Assembly: GCA_900550695.1 (NCBI GenBank)
Contig: URTF01000001.1
Location: 7,896-71,895, forward strand
Length of the DNA stretch: 64,000 bases
Direction of reading: 5' to 3'
From: an uncultured Ruminococcus sp.
Lineage (GTDB): Bacteria; Bacillota; Clostridia; Oscillospirales; Ruminococcaceae
Both the position numbers and the translations under genes were made by a program. Shown here one piece after another: positions 53,775 to 63,777 of the stretch. Every line of letters begins with the position of its first letter. Within the stretch, counting starts at the first letter, position 1. The notes under the pieces were generated by a model. It searched no databases and was not told the origin of the DNA. It saw nothing but the letters and a program-made list of their open reading frames with translations.

Positions 53775-54524
53775 ATGAAATACTTAAAAGCTACAATAGC
53801 CGCTTATCGAAGAACGGGTATGAACACCATTCATTATATGATGAATGTGTTTTCGGTCATCGGTCTGATACTGATTATATTCTGCGCTTTCAGCCGTTCC
53901 GATAATGCCGCTCATACAATGATGATCTCTATCGGACTTATCGGAATGACCGCTTTCTACTCACGCACGGAAGCGGTAAACAGATACGGAATTTTTTTCG
54001 GCGGCAAAAAGTTTGAGTCAAGGGGTCTTATTGTTTTTGACGAACGCCCGCAGAGAACACTTCAGCTTATGCCCTTTTCCCGTGAGGACGCAGTGCGCTC
54101 GTTCATAAATTTCGAGCGTTTTACGAACGCGCTCATCATCATTGCGGCAATTGTTTTTGCAGTAAAAGCATTTACGCTTACCCTGTATACATCCGGTGTG
54201 ATCGTTGGAAGTATATTATTTATAGTTTTAACGGCAGGATTTTATGTGTATGAAAAGGCTTTGCTTACATACGATATGAATATTTTAACGAACAGGCACA
54301 GCCTCAATACAGCATTTTATACATTGTTCTTTATAAATGTACTGTGGGTCGAAAAGCTCACCAAAATTGAGTTTGGTATGCCCGTTCTTTCCGTAATATT
54401 TGCGGTATTGACATTGGTTTCGTGCATTATATTCATCATCGGCTCGGAAAAGGTACACAAACAGCTCATAGCCGACTGCGGCAGCCGTTCATTCACGGGC
54501 GAACCTATCGGAGGTGCGGAATGA
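53775..54524 (+). CDS. Polytopic membrane protein (putative ABC permease-like partner)
   Basis: ATG at 53775. Multiple TM segments. Sits in the operon. Confidence 0.55.
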   Translation: MKYLKATIAAYRRTGMNTIHYMMNVFSVIGLILIIFCAFSRSDNAAHTMMISIGLIGMTAFYSRTEAVNRYGIFFGGKKFESRGLIVFDERPQRTLQLMPFSREDAVRSFINFERFTNALIIIAAIVFAVKAFTLTLYTSGVIVGSILFIVLTAGFYVYEKALLTYDMNILTNRHSLNTAFYTLFFINVLWVEKLTKIEFGMPVLSVIFAVLTLVSCIIFIIGSEKVHKQLIADCGSRSFTGEPIGGAE

Positions 54525-55231
54525 TGAAAAAATACTATTCCGAGGTTTTTAACGGCTTTTTAAAATTCGTTTTCTGTTTTCTTTTTATAATGGATATCCT
54601 TGCACCGATAGCAATGGTTCTTCCGATATACTTCGATGACACGGGAAGAATTATCAATTTATGGGCATCTATCTTTTGCCACGCATCACTTTACACGGCA
54701 TTTGCGCTGAATTTCGGCTTTAAAGGTCCTTTGCCGTCCGACAAAAAGAGTATGAGCTATTTTACGGAAATGTATAACTCTGTAAACGGCAATCCGACCG
54801 ATTATTTTATGAGCTGTGTGATACCTGCGAAAAGAAAGGAACTGATCGATCTCCCTGTAAAGCTTATCCTTTCGGCAACAGCCGTGCATTGCCTTTCCCT
54901 GCTTGCGATACCGCTTTTTGGCGGAGCGGAAACAGCCAAAGCACACACTATTACAGTTATTTTTGAAACGCTTTTTATAATAATGCTGCCTTTTTGCCTT
55001 ATGTCGGTCAAAAGGAACTATATCGCCGTAAAGGTAATAATGTCTGTTCTTTCCGCCGCATTGGCAGGTATTCTTTTTGTATCAATGTTCGACGGACTTC
55101 CTGCATTCCCGATACTTCCCCTGCCAATAAGAATTGCGATCTCTATAACAGCATTTTTGAGCAATATCCTCTTTTTCCGCTCGACCGTTTACAAGGGCGA
55201 GTTTGCGAGAAACGGGGAGAAGATAAGATAA
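54521..55231 (+). CDS. Polytopic membrane protein (second partner)
   Basis: ATGA overlap with the previous gene. SD GGAGG. Multiple TM segments. Confidence 0.55.
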   Translation: MMKKYYSEVFNGFLKFVFCFLFIMDILAPIAMVLPIYFDDTGRIINLWASIFCHASLYTAFALNFGFKGPLPSDKKSMSYFTEMYNSVNGNPTDYFMSCVIPAKRKELIDLPVKLILSATAVHCLSLLAIPLFGGAETAKAHTITVIFETLFIIMLPFCLMSVKRNYIAVKVIMSVLSAALAGILFVSMFDGLPAFPILPLPIRIAISITAFLSNILFFRSTVYKGEFARNGEKIR

Positions 55232-55233
55232 AT

Positions 55234-56043
55234 CTACGACCTGCCGAAGCTTTGAACGGTTTCGAGCAGGTCGCTTTCGGATATGTCCCTCGGCGTTACG
55301 ATAAGTCCCCTGTCTGCATCAATATCATATCCGTAATATGCGAAAGCAAGCCAAACAAGGTGGGCGCACTGCGTTCCTGCGATGTTCTCACGGTCGGAAT
55401 ATTTCGGAGAAAAAACACCCGTCAGCAGGCGGTACGGCTTTTCGCAGAGAAGCTCTTTCGCCGTGTCTGCGATATCGGAGCGGAGCTGTGCGTCTGCGCC
55501 CTTTAACCGCAGGACAAGGAAGTTCGGATAGTGCCGCCACTTTTCGATGTTCTGCAGGCAGGTGTCCTGCCCGATAACGACAGCTTCGAGCGTTTCGCCA
55601 TTCTCCGCATCGGTGACAATGGCGGCGTGACCGTTTCTCCACGAGAACACGCTTGACGAATGTGTGATAAGAATATCCCCTTTTTCGATGAAATCGAGCG
55701 AAAGATTCGGGTACTCAACATATTCCTCGCGCGAAATGACAGAATTGGTGAATTCGATATAGTCCACCTCGGCAAAATACTGCTCCTGATAGGTTTCAAG
55801 CGCTTTAAGGGCGGGCATTTTCATTACAGCAGCTTTTCCGAGACCCGTCTGCGCAAAAATAAGCTCGAATTCGCTCCCGGTGAGCGTTTCGGGCGTTTTT
55901 CGTTCGATATTTTCAAGGCTTATCCGCTCGGCTTTGGGGTAAATGTGTGCCATAGGCTCGATATAGAGCAGTGATGAGGAATACATTGCCAGCACAAGGC
56001 ATATCCAGAGCAGCCAGAGCGTTATTTTTCTTCCGTTTTTCAT
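55234..56043 (-). CDS. Membrane-anchored permuted papain-like (YiiX/C92, NlpC/P60-related) hydrolase
   Basis: N-terminal TM. KGDILITHSSSVFSWRNGHAAIV (His) precedes AGTQCAHLVWLAFAYYGYDI (Cys), which is the permuted order. Confidence 0.55.
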   Translation of the reverse strand: MKNGRKITLWLLWICLVLAMYSSSLLYIEPMAHIYPKAERISLENIERKTPETLTGSEFELIFAQTGLGKAAVMKMPALKALETYQEQYFAEVDYIEFTNSVISREEYVEYPNLSLDFIEKGDILITHSSSVFSWRNGHAAIVTDAENGETLEAVVIGQDTCLQNIEKWRHYPNFLVLRLKGADAQLRSDIADTAKELLCEKPYRLLTGVFSPKYSDRENIAGTQCAHLVWLAFAYYGYDIDADRGLIVTPRDISESDLLETVQSFGRS

Positions 56044-56107
56044 TGTGATTATCTCATTTGCGGTTTATTTGTGATTATTATATCCGTGCTGAGATTTTTT
56101 ATAAATG

Positions 56108-56183
56108 AAAAAGGCGCAATTCACATAATAGATTGAACGAATCAGGTTTCGTAAACCTTAAAATGTGAATTGCGCCTTTTTTT
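56108..56183. terminator. Bidirectional terminator that is a third copy of the repeat-R hairpin (stem GGCGCAATTCACA/TGTGAATTGCGCC)
   Basis: 13-bp stem identical to those at 22737-22811 and 32590-32664. About 38-nt loop containing aggtttacgaaac. Flanked by an A-run and a T-run. Confidence 0.7.
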
Positions 56184-56189
56184 GCTAAT

Positions 56190-56201
56190 AATTACGCATT
56201 A
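56190..56201 (-). repeat. TAATGCGTAATT motif whose first TAA is the pyk stop codon
   Basis: Minus strand reads ...ACA ATA AAA TAA TGCGTAATT. Confidence 0.6.
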
Positions 56202-57620
56202 TTTTATTGTGTCTACCTTGAGCATATTGGTTTTGCCCGCAACGCCGAGGGGGATACCTGCGGTGATAACAACAATGTCGTCCTTTTCAACAAGTCCGTG
56301 GCTTTTTGCGGCGTCGATAGCGGCGCTGAAAAGTTCATCGGTGCTGCTCTTTTCGTCCATTTTTACGGGAACTACGCCCCAGCTGAGACTCATCTGACGG
56401 TGAACGGTATCATCGGGCGTACAGCCGATTATCATACAGGTCGGGCGGTACTTTGAAATGTTCTTTGCGGTCGAACCCGACTTTGTTACAGTGATAACAG
56501 CTTTTGCGCCGAGGTCGTGAGCTGTTGTAACTGCGGCGTGGGCAATAGCATTCGTGCTGTCGATACCTTTCTGCATCGGACGCTTGGAAAGACGTGCGAT
56601 GTAGTTGATATCCTTTTCCGTTGTTTCGGCGATGAGAGCCATTGTCTTTACGGCTTCAACAGGGTGCTTGCCTGCGGCAGTTTCGCCCGAGAGCATAATT
56701 GCGGAAGTGCCGTCATAGATAGCGTTAGCAACGTCGGTTATCTCGGCTCTTGTCGGACGGAGGTTGGTTATCATCGATTCGAGCATCTGAGTTGCGGTGA
56801 TGACCTGCTTTCCGCTCATATAGCCCTTTTCGATGATCTCTTTCTGGATAGCAGGTATCTGCTCGAAAGGTATCTCAACGCCCATATCTCCTCTTGCGAC
56901 CATGATTCCGTCGGAAACATCGATGATCTCGTCGATGTTGTTCACACCGTCCATATTTTCGATCTTGGAGATTATTCTCGGAGTTGTCCAACCGAGGCTC
57001 TTTGTGAACTTTTTAAGGTAATTTATATCTGCGGAAGAGCGGACGAACGAAGCCGCAATGAAGTCGAAGCCCATTTTTGCGCCGAATTCAAGGTCGTTCA
57101 TATCACGCTCGGAAAGATACGGCATGGAAAGCTCAACGCCGGGAACGTTGATGCCCTTGTTGTTGGAAAGAGTACCGCCGTGAACTACCGTGCAGACGAT
57201 ATCCGTGTCGGTTATCTTTTCTGCTCTGAGTTCAACTGCGCCGTCATTTATAAGGATAGTTGTGCCGACGCTTACGTCCTTCGGCAGGTTTTTGAAGTTG
57301 ATGTAAGCCTTTTTTGCGGTACATTCGCACTCGATAGTTGTGAGTGTGATAGTATCGCCGTCGTCAACATCGACAGGCTTGTTGTCAACAAACTGTCCGA
57401 GTCTTATTTCAGGGCCTTTTGTATCGAGCATTGTGGCAATGGGCAGACCGAGTTCGTTTCTCAAACGTGTTACCTGCTCAAAGCGGCGCTTGTGTATCTC
57501 ATAATCGCCGTGTGAAAAGTTGAAACGAGCAACATCCATGCCCGAGAGCATCATTTCACGCAAAATGTTGTCGTCGTCCGTAGCAGGACCTACTGTGCAG
57601 ACTATCTTTGTTTTTCTCAT
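56199..57620 (-). CDS. pyk: Pyruvate kinase
   Basis: MRKTKIVCTVGPA start. The MVARGDMGVEIP motif is present. 473 aa. Confidence 0.95.
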   Translation of the reverse strand: MRKTKIVCTVGPATDDDNILREMMLSGMDVARFNFSHGDYEIHKRRFEQVTRLRNELGLPIATMLDTKGPEIRLGQFVDNKPVDVDDGDTITLTTIECECTAKKAYINFKNLPKDVSVGTTILINDGAVELRAEKITDTDIVCTVVHGGTLSNNKGINVPGVELSMPYLSERDMNDLEFGAKMGFDFIAASFVRSSADINYLKKFTKSLGWTTPRIISKIENMDGVNNIDEIIDVSDGIMVARGDMGVEIPFEQIPAIQKEIIEKGYMSGKQVITATQMLESMITNLRPTRAEITDVANAIYDGTSAIMLSGETAAGKHPVEAVKTMALIAETTEKDINYIARLSKRPMQKGIDSTNAIAHAAVTTAHDLGAKAVITVTKSGSTAKNISKYRPTCMIIGCTPDDTVHRQMSLSWGVVPVKMDEKSSTDELFSAAIDAAKSHGLVEKDDIVVITAGIPLGVAGKTNMLKVDTIK

Positions 57621-57953
57621 AAACTGACCATACTTGGATTAAGTATGTGTCCTCCTCTCATAACAGCAAAAAGCCTTTGAAAATTCTTTTAAGGAAAATT
57701 TAAAACTTTTCCCATTATATATATTAACATATTAATTTATAAAAATCAATACAAAAATTACACATTTTTGAAAAAGTGCAAAATTTCTTAAGAATACGTT
57801 TTCTGTAAACCATTACTGTACGAAAGCGGAAAAAACGTCCCGAAAAACCTCGAAAATACTGTCGTTTTGGATATGGAAACAAAAAATAAGGTATGATATA
57901 ATTAAATTATAGTGCAAAACCGTATTTTTTCAAATGTATCGGAGGTTAATTTT

Positions 57954-59168
57954 ATGTTTAATATAGCTGTCGCACAGTCGGGCGGTCCAACAGCCGCTAT
58001 AAACTCCTCGCTTTCGGGCGTTTTCTCGGGCGCATCGTCCTGCCGTGATATTGACGGCATCTACGGCTCGATAAACGGCATTGAGGGTGCGATAAACGGA
58101 AACTTTATCGACCTGACAAAAATTCTCACCTCGGAATATGACATTGACCTTCTCAAAAAAACGCCGTCAACTATCCTCGGCTCATGCCGCTACAAGCTTA
58201 AGGACTACAACGAGGACAGCTCCGATTACGAAAAGATAGCCGAAAACTTCCGCAGCCACGATATAAAAGCGTTCTTCTACATCGGCGGCAACGATTCAAT
58301 GGACACCGTTATGAAGCTTGACGCTTATTTCAGGGAAACGGGCATCGACATAAAGGTCATCGGCGTTCCCAAAACTATCGACAACGATGTAATGAACACC
58401 GACCACACTCCGGGCTTCGGTTCTGCCGCAAAGTATGTCGCTGCGACCTTGCAGGAGATAATCCGTGACAGCCGTGTTTATTCTATCCCGTCCGTGACAA
58501 TAGTTGAAATTATGGGCAGAGATGCAGGCTGGCTCACGGCTTCGTCCTGCGTACTCCGTGCGAACGGCGAACCTGCTCCGCACCTCATATATCTTCCCGA
58601 AGCGCCGTTTTCGACCGATAAATTTCTCGCCGATGTAAAGGAAGCGCAGACACGTTATAAAGCCGTTATCGTAGCTGTTTCCGAGGGTATACGCTGCGAA
58701 AACCGTCAGACGGGATTCTCCTCCGAGCTTACGGACGCATTCGGTCACAAATTTCTTTCGGGCGTGGGAAAATATCTCGAAAACATCACCGCTGCAAATG
58801 TCGGCTGCAAAGTCCGTTCTATCGAGCTTAACGTTATGCAGAGATGCTCCTCGCACATCGCTTCGCTCACCGATATAAACGAGGCCGCACAGATAGGCAG
58901 CGCCGCAGTTGAAGCCGCAATGAACGGCGAGAGCGGCAAGATGATGGTCTTCCACAGAATAAGCAACAATCCGTACCGTGTTGAGATACTTTCCTCCGAT
59001 ATAAAGGGCATCGCAAACAAGGAGAAGAAGTTCCCGACCGAATGGATCTCAAAGGACGGAAACAACGTCACGACAGATGCACTCAACTACTTCCTGCCTC
59101 TCATTCAGGGCGAAGTCCACCCCGAGTACAGAAACGGGATCCCCGTACACTTCCGACTTGACCAGTGA
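57954..59168 (+). CDS. pfp: Phosphofructokinase, probably pyrophosphate-dependent (PFP-type residues)
   Basis: The protein has GGNDS in place of GGDGS, and PKTIDND with Lys in place of PGTIDND. These are the residues known to distinguish PPi- from ATP-dependent enzymes. ATG at 57954 follows GGAGG. Confidence 0.85.
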   Translation: MFNIAVAQSGGPTAAINSSLSGVFSGASSCRDIDGIYGSINGIEGAINGNFIDLTKILTSEYDIDLLKKTPSTILGSCRYKLKDYNEDSSDYEKIAENFRSHDIKAFFYIGGNDSMDTVMKLDAYFRETGIDIKVIGVPKTIDNDVMNTDHTPGFGSAAKYVAATLQEIIRDSRVYSIPSVTIVEIMGRDAGWLTASSCVLRANGEPAPHLIYLPEAPFSTDKFLADVKEAQTRYKAVIVAVSEGIRCENRQTGFSSELTDAFGHKFLSGVGKYLENITAANVGCKVRSIELNVMQRCSSHIASLTDINEAAQIGSAAVEAAMNGESGKMMVFHRISNNPYRVEILSSDIKGIANKEKKFPTEWISKDGNNVTTDALNYFLPLIQGEVHPEYRNGIPVHFRLDQ

Positions 59169-59184
59169 TAATGAAAATCTGATA

Positions 59185-59228
59185 AAAAAGACCTGTTTTT
59201 CAATATTTCAATGAAAAACAGGTCTTTT
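59185..59228. terminator. Intrinsic terminator after pfp
   Basis: Stem aagacctgttttt/aaaaacaggtctt followed by a T-run. Confidence 0.7.
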
Positions 59229-59351
59229 GCTTTTTTTGATGCGATTTGAGCTAAAAAATTTCTGTAACCCCTTGAAAAAATCGAATAAATGTGCTATAAT
59301 TTTAAAAAGAACATTTGTTGCTTTGAAAATCCGATAAAGGAGCGTTTTGCT

Positions 59352-59888
59352 ATGCATCTTCAGGAAAAAACAGTTGAAACAGAGCCGATCTTTGACGGCA
59401 GGATCATAAAAGTACGCAAGGATAAGGCAGAGCTTGAAAACGGTGCAATAGTTACCCGTGAGCTTGTTATCCACCCCGGCGGTGTCTGCGTTGTTCCCGT
59501 GAACGAAAAGGGTGAGGTCTACCTCGTAAAGCAGTTCCGCTATCCTTTTCAGGAGGTGCTGACGGAGATACCCGCAGGAAAGCTTGAAGTCGGCGAGGAT
59601 CACCGCAGTGCGGGTCTGCGCGAGCTTAAAGAGGAAGTCGGTGCGGAGTGTGAAAGCTTTGAGTATCTCGGCGTGATGTACCCCTCGGTCGCTTATCTTA
59701 CCGAAAAGATACATATGTATCTTGCGACCGGACTTTCCTTCGGCGAACAGCATCTTGACGAGGACGAATTCCTTGACGTTGAGAAAATGCCGCTTTCGCA
59801 GGCTGTTGAAATGGTCTTGGACGGCAGGATAAAGGACGGAAAGACCCAGAGCGCACTTCTCCTTGCCGCAAGAAAGCTTGGAATATAA
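59352..59888 (+). CDS. NUDIX hydrolase (ADP-ribose pyrophosphatase-like)
   Basis: Nudix box GKLEVGEDHRSAGLRELKEEVG. ATG at 59352 follows AAAGGAG. Confidence 0.85.
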   Translation: MHLQEKTVETEPIFDGRIIKVRKDKAELENGAIVTRELVIHPGGVCVVPVNEKGEVYLVKQFRYPFQEVLTEIPAGKLEVGEDHRSAGLRELKEEVGAECESFEYLGVMYPSVAYLTEKIHMYLATGLSFGEQHLDEDEFLDVEKMPLSQAVEMVLDGRIKDGKTQSALLLAARKLGI

Positions 59889-59896
59889 GGATCAAA

Positions 59897-59926
59897 TAAA
59901 AAAGCCGTCCCCAAGAAAGGGACGGC
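59897..59926 (-). terminator. Intrinsic terminator of spoVG
   Basis: Stem gccgtccc/gggacggc with a T-run on the minus strand. Confidence 0.6.
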
Positions 59927-59942
59927 GGAGGTTACGGTTTTA

Positions 59943-60245
59943 TCAGAGGATAGTGCCTGACTGTTCTGCTTCGAGTTCAGCCTGCATAAGCTCGATATGA
60001 CGGGTGTAAGCGTCAAGGATCTGACCTTCGATGCTTCCTCTTGCTTCGGGGGAGATGGGGTGAACGATATCACGGAACATTCCGTTTTCGTCACGTCTGC
60101 TCGGCATTGCAACGAAAAGACGCTCATCACCCTGAACTACCTTGATGTCGTGGATAGCGAGCATATCATCGATAGTGATGGAGATGATGGCACGGAGTCT
60201 GCCCTCGGGAATTATTTTTCTGATTTTGATGTCTGTAATGTTCAT
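59943..60245 (-). CDS. spoVG: Septation/sporulation regulator SpoVG
   Basis: MNITDIKIRKI...AIISITIDDMLAIHDIKVVQG..LFVAMPSRR. Confidence 0.92.
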   Translation of the reverse strand: MNITDIKIRKIIPEGRLRAIISITIDDMLAIHDIKVVQGDERLFVAMPSRRDENGMFRDIVHPISPEARGSIEGQILDAYTRHIELMQAELEAEQSGTIL

Positions 60246-60630
60246 AATAGGTTTCTCCTTTTGTGATGATCAAAAGCCTGTGCCGTTTTCCGTCGGCAAG
60301 GTCATTGACAAAAATTATGACAGGCAGCCGCTCCGAGATAACGGAGTTGAGCAGGAAGATTATGTATCTATTTTGCTCTATTCATGATGATTTTATACTG
60401 CGAATGAAGCCAGAAGCGGACATTCCGGTAAAAAATGATCTGTTTATTGCATATCACAGCTTATAATATAACATATTATAGTTAAGTATTTCTGAATGTT
60501 AAATGATTTAGTTGTGAATTTGGATTGATTTTTTGTAAATATTTTTTCTGCGGAAATTTTACTGAAAATGAAACAAAAGCAACATTTAGGCGAAGTATGG
60601 AAAAAACGGCTTTTTTTGGAGGGGATAAGA

Positions 60631-61110
60631 ATGAAGCTTTATATAAAACAGCGTTTGTTCAGCTGGACGGACAGCTTTGATATTTACGATGAAAATATGG
60701 ACAAAAAATATACAGCAAAGGCTGATTTTCTCAGCATTGGACACAGGATACGGGTCTTTGACCGTTTCGGCGGTGAGATCGGCTATATACAGGAAAAGCT
60801 TCTTCGTATATTTGCCGAATTTGATGTTCATATCGGCGGAAGATACCTCGGCAGGATAAAGAGAAAGATCACCTTTTTTATTCCTAAGTATGACATTGAC
60901 TACAACGGCTGGAGCATAGAGGGCGATTTTTTCGGCTGGAATTATAGTGTAAGACAGCCGAACGGTCTTGTTGCCGCCAATATCACAAGGGAGCTTTTTC
61001 ACCTTACCGATACATACGCTATTGAAATTTTTGACGATTCCGATGAGATAAACGTTCTTATGCTCGTGCTGGCCATCGATGCGGCGAACTGCAGCAAAAA
61101 TAATTCGTAA
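60631..61110 (+). CDS. LURP-one-related / YxjI (tubby-like fold, DUF567) family protein
   Basis: MKLYIKQRLFSWTDSFDIYDENMDKKY and the later repeat of the same pattern. ATG at 60631 follows GGAGGGG. Confidence 0.65.
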   Translation: MKLYIKQRLFSWTDSFDIYDENMDKKYTAKADFLSIGHRIRVFDRFGGEIGYIQEKLLRIFAEFDVHIGGRYLGRIKRKITFFIPKYDIDYNGWSIEGDFFGWNYSVRQPNGLVAANITRELFHLTDTYAIEIFDDSDEINVLMLVLAIDAANCSKNNS

Positions 61111-61207
61111 TTCTGCAGATCGCAATATCCGGCGAGTGCACAATGAAAAACAATGACAAGTAGTTATTGTTTTATGCGATAAAGAGGAATTTAATGGTGA
61201 GAAATAT

Positions 61208-61720
61208 ATGAAAAAAATTCTTGGTTCATGGAGCGGTATGAGAAAATATCTTGAACATGAAATGCTCGCCGAATCATTGCGTGGCAGGATCAGGTATGGA
61301 TGCACTGCTTATGTCGGTATGGACGGATGCCATATTTTTGAAGTGTGTATAGATAATATACAAGTGAAGCGATTCTCTTTGGAAACGGTAAATACTTATT
61401 TTATTGACAGCGGCTATACAACAAACCCTGTTCCGAGCGGCATCAGTGAGTATTGGGCAGAATTTTGGACATTATTGGATAAATATTCTATTGATAGGCG
61501 CACGGAATATACCGATGAAGAATTTTGCGAGGCTTTAAAGATGTACCGCAATCAAAATATACAAAAGAGTGTATTTTCAGAAAATCCCATTGTCAGAATG
61601 TTTGCAGTATTTGATAGGAGAATCGGAAAAGCAACACTCAGGAAAATACAAGACACAATTGAAGATCAGCCTGAGTGGCTGCGTCAATTATACTTGTTGA
61701 GAATAATGGCAGAAAATTGA
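61208..61720 (+). CDS. Conserved hypothetical protein
   Basis: 170-aa ORF with good coding character. No motif recognised with confidence. Confidence 0.5.
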   Translation: MKKILGSWSGMRKYLEHEMLAESLRGRIRYGCTAYVGMDGCHIFEVCIDNIQVKRFSLETVNTYFIDSGYTTNPVPSGISEYWAEFWTLLDKYSIDRRTEYTDEEFCEALKMYRNQNIQKSVFSENPIVRMFAVFDRRIGKATLRKIQDTIEDQPEWLRQLYLLRIMAEN

Positions 61721-61785
61721 ATCAATAAACTCCGACGAATTTGACTGCCCAGTATAATTTCACATCAGACAAAAGGAGAAAAGCT

Positions 61786-63195
61786 TTGGAAAAATACGAT
61801 AAGTCCGTCCTTGACGGAAAGAAGCATATACATTTTATCGGTATCGGCGGCTCGGGAATGTACCCGTTGGCGCAGATACTTCATTCAAAGGGTTATTATC
61901 TTAGCGGCTCGGATAACAACGAAACAGATACGCTTGCGGCGGTAAGAGCAATGGGTATCCCCGTTTTTCTCGGTCAGAGGGCTGAGAATATTGAGGGCGC
62001 TGATCTTATCGTCCACACGGCGGCGATAATGGCTGATAATCCCGAGCTTATTGCGGCAAAGGCGAGCGGTGTTCCCGTACTTGAACGAAGCGACCTGCTC
62101 GCTATCATCACTGCGCAGTTCGGGAACACGGTCTGCGTGAGCGGTACGCACGGCAAGACGACCACAAGCTCGATGATAACGCAGATTTTGAAGAAAAAGG
62201 GCATCGACATCACCGCTGTTATCGGCGGAAAGCTGCCTTTGATACACGGAAGCGGCATTGCAGGAAAGTCCGATATTATGGTCTGCGAAGCCTGCGAGTT
62301 TATGGATCATTTTCTGAAGCTTTCGTCCGATGTGAGCGTTATCCTCAACGTTGACGCTGATCATCTTGACTATTTCGGCAGTCTTGAAAACGTGATAAAG
62401 TCGTTTCATACATTTGCGGAGCAGACCTCCCGTGCTGTTATCGTCAACGGCAGTGATGAAAATTCGATGAAAGCCGTCAGCGGTCTTGAAAACAAGTGCG
62501 AGATAATTACTTTCGGCAAGGACAAAAGCTGCGATTACTACCCCGAAAATATCCGTCACATAAGCGGACTGGAAACGGCTTTCGACCTTATGCACAAGGG
62601 CGAAAAGCTTGGTGAGATAATCATTCACGTTCCGGGTGAACACAATGTTCTCAACGCAGTTGCGGCTGCTGCGGCTTCGATATACGAGGGCGCAACGGCG
62701 GAGGACGTTCGCATCGGACTTTCCGATTTTCACGGCTCGCAGAGACGTTTTGAGAAGTACGGCGAGGTCGGCGGAGTTACTGTTGTCGATGATTACGGTC
62801 ATCACCCTGCTGAAATCGCTGTCACACTCAAAGCCGCAAAGGGACTTGGCTACAAGCGGGTATGGGCGGTTCACCAGCCGTTCACATTCTCACGCACGGC
62901 AATGCTCACGGACGATTTTGCAAAGGCGCTTTCCATTGCTGACAAGGTAGTGCTTACTTCGATAATGGGTTCAAGGGAAAAGAACACCTATGGCATACAC
63001 ACGAGTGCGCTCGGCGAAAAGATAGACGGCGCAAAGTGGTTCGATGAAGAAGAACACGACAGGAATTTCGAGCTTTGCGCCGAATACGTTGCGGAAAATG
63101 CGCAGGTGGGTGACCTTGTTGTAACGCTCGGCTGCGGCGACGTAAACAAACTTGCACGTCTGATACTGAAAAAGTTGGAAGAAAAGGAGCAGTAA
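61786..63195 (+). CDS. murC: UDP-N-acetylmuramate--L-alanine ligase
   Basis: HFIGIGGSGMYPLAQIL and GTHGKTTTSSM motifs are present. Probable TTG start at 61786, 7 nt after AAGGAG. The ORF stays open back to 61741. Confidence 0.9.
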   Translation: MEKYDKSVLDGKKHIHFIGIGGSGMYPLAQILHSKGYYLSGSDNNETDTLAAVRAMGIPVFLGQRAENIEGADLIVHTAAIMADNPELIAAKASGVPVLERSDLLAIITAQFGNTVCVSGTHGKTTTSSMITQILKKKGIDITAVIGGKLPLIHGSGIAGKSDIMVCEACEFMDHFLKLSSDVSVILNVDADHLDYFGSLENVIKSFHTFAEQTSRAVIVNGSDENSMKAVSGLENKCEIITFGKDKSCDYYPENIRHISGLETAFDLMHKGEKLGEIIIHVPGEHNVLNAVAAAAASIYEGATAEDVRIGLSDFHGSQRRFEKYGEVGGVTVVDDYGHHPAEIAVTLKAAKGLGYKRVWAVHQPFTFSRTAMLTDDFAKALSIADKVVLTSIMGSREKNTYGIHTSALGEKIDGAKWFDEEEHDRNFELCAEYVAENAQVGDLVVTLGCGDVNKLARLILKKLEEKEQ

Positions 63196-63196
63196 A

Positions 63197-63775
63197 ATGA
63201 ACGATAAGGAAAAAAGAGTTTTTGATTTTGTCAAGGAGAGGGTCGAAAACGGCATCGCTCCGTCAATAAGGGAAATCTGCGCTGCTCTTGATATCCGCTC
63301 GACCTCAACGGCGGCGAGATATGTGAACACGCTCGTTGCGGAGGGTTATCTTGAAAAGGTGGACGGCTGCAACAGAGCGATAAAGCTTGCAGGCAGAGGC
63401 GCTTCAAAGATACCTCTTGTCGGAACTATAACGGCAGGTCAGCCTATCACGGCGGTTCAGGATATCACCGAATATATCAACTTCCATGAGGAAAAAAGCT
63501 ACAGCGGTGAGCTTTTCGCACTCAAAGTAAGGGGCGAAAGCATGATAAACGCCGCAATTCTCAACGGTGATATCGTTGTAGTTGAGAAATGCTCGTCCGC
63601 ACACAACGGCGAGATAGTTGCAGCTCTCGTAAACGGCGAAGAAGCGACCGTAAAGACTTTCTACAAGGAAAACGGACACTATCGTTTACAGCCCGAGAAC
63701 GACACAATGGATCCTATCATCGTTGATAACTGCGAGATCATCGGCAGAGTTGTTGCCGTAATGAGGTACTTATAA
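63197..63775 (+). CDS. lexA: LexA repressor
   Basis: N-terminal wHTH (IAPSIREICAALDIRSTSTAARYV). S24 peptidase Ser in VRGESM and Lys in ATVKTFY. Confidence 0.9.
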   Translation: MNDKEKRVFDFVKERVENGIAPSIREICAALDIRSTSTAARYVNTLVAEGYLEKVDGCNRAIKLAGRGASKIPLVGTITAGQPITAVQDITEYINFHEEKSYSGELFALKVRGESMINAAILNGDIVVVEKCSSAHNGEIVAALVNGEEATVKTFYKENGHYRLQPENDTMDPIIVDNCEIIGRVVAVMRYL

Positions 63776-63777
63776 TA

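Noticed and set aside
56517-57515. 332-aa plus-strand ORF
   Set aside because: It is antisense to pyruvate kinase. It is a shadow ORF.
61885-62874. 329-aa minus-strand ORF
   Set aside because: It is antisense to murC. It is a shadow ORF.
63100-63196. LexA (SOS) box CGAAC-N4-GTTCG upstream of lexA
   Set aside because: No match was found by eye. lexA follows murC with a 1-nt gap, so it may be co-transcribed or its operator lies elsewhere. I did not scan the whole window exhaustively for SOS boxes.
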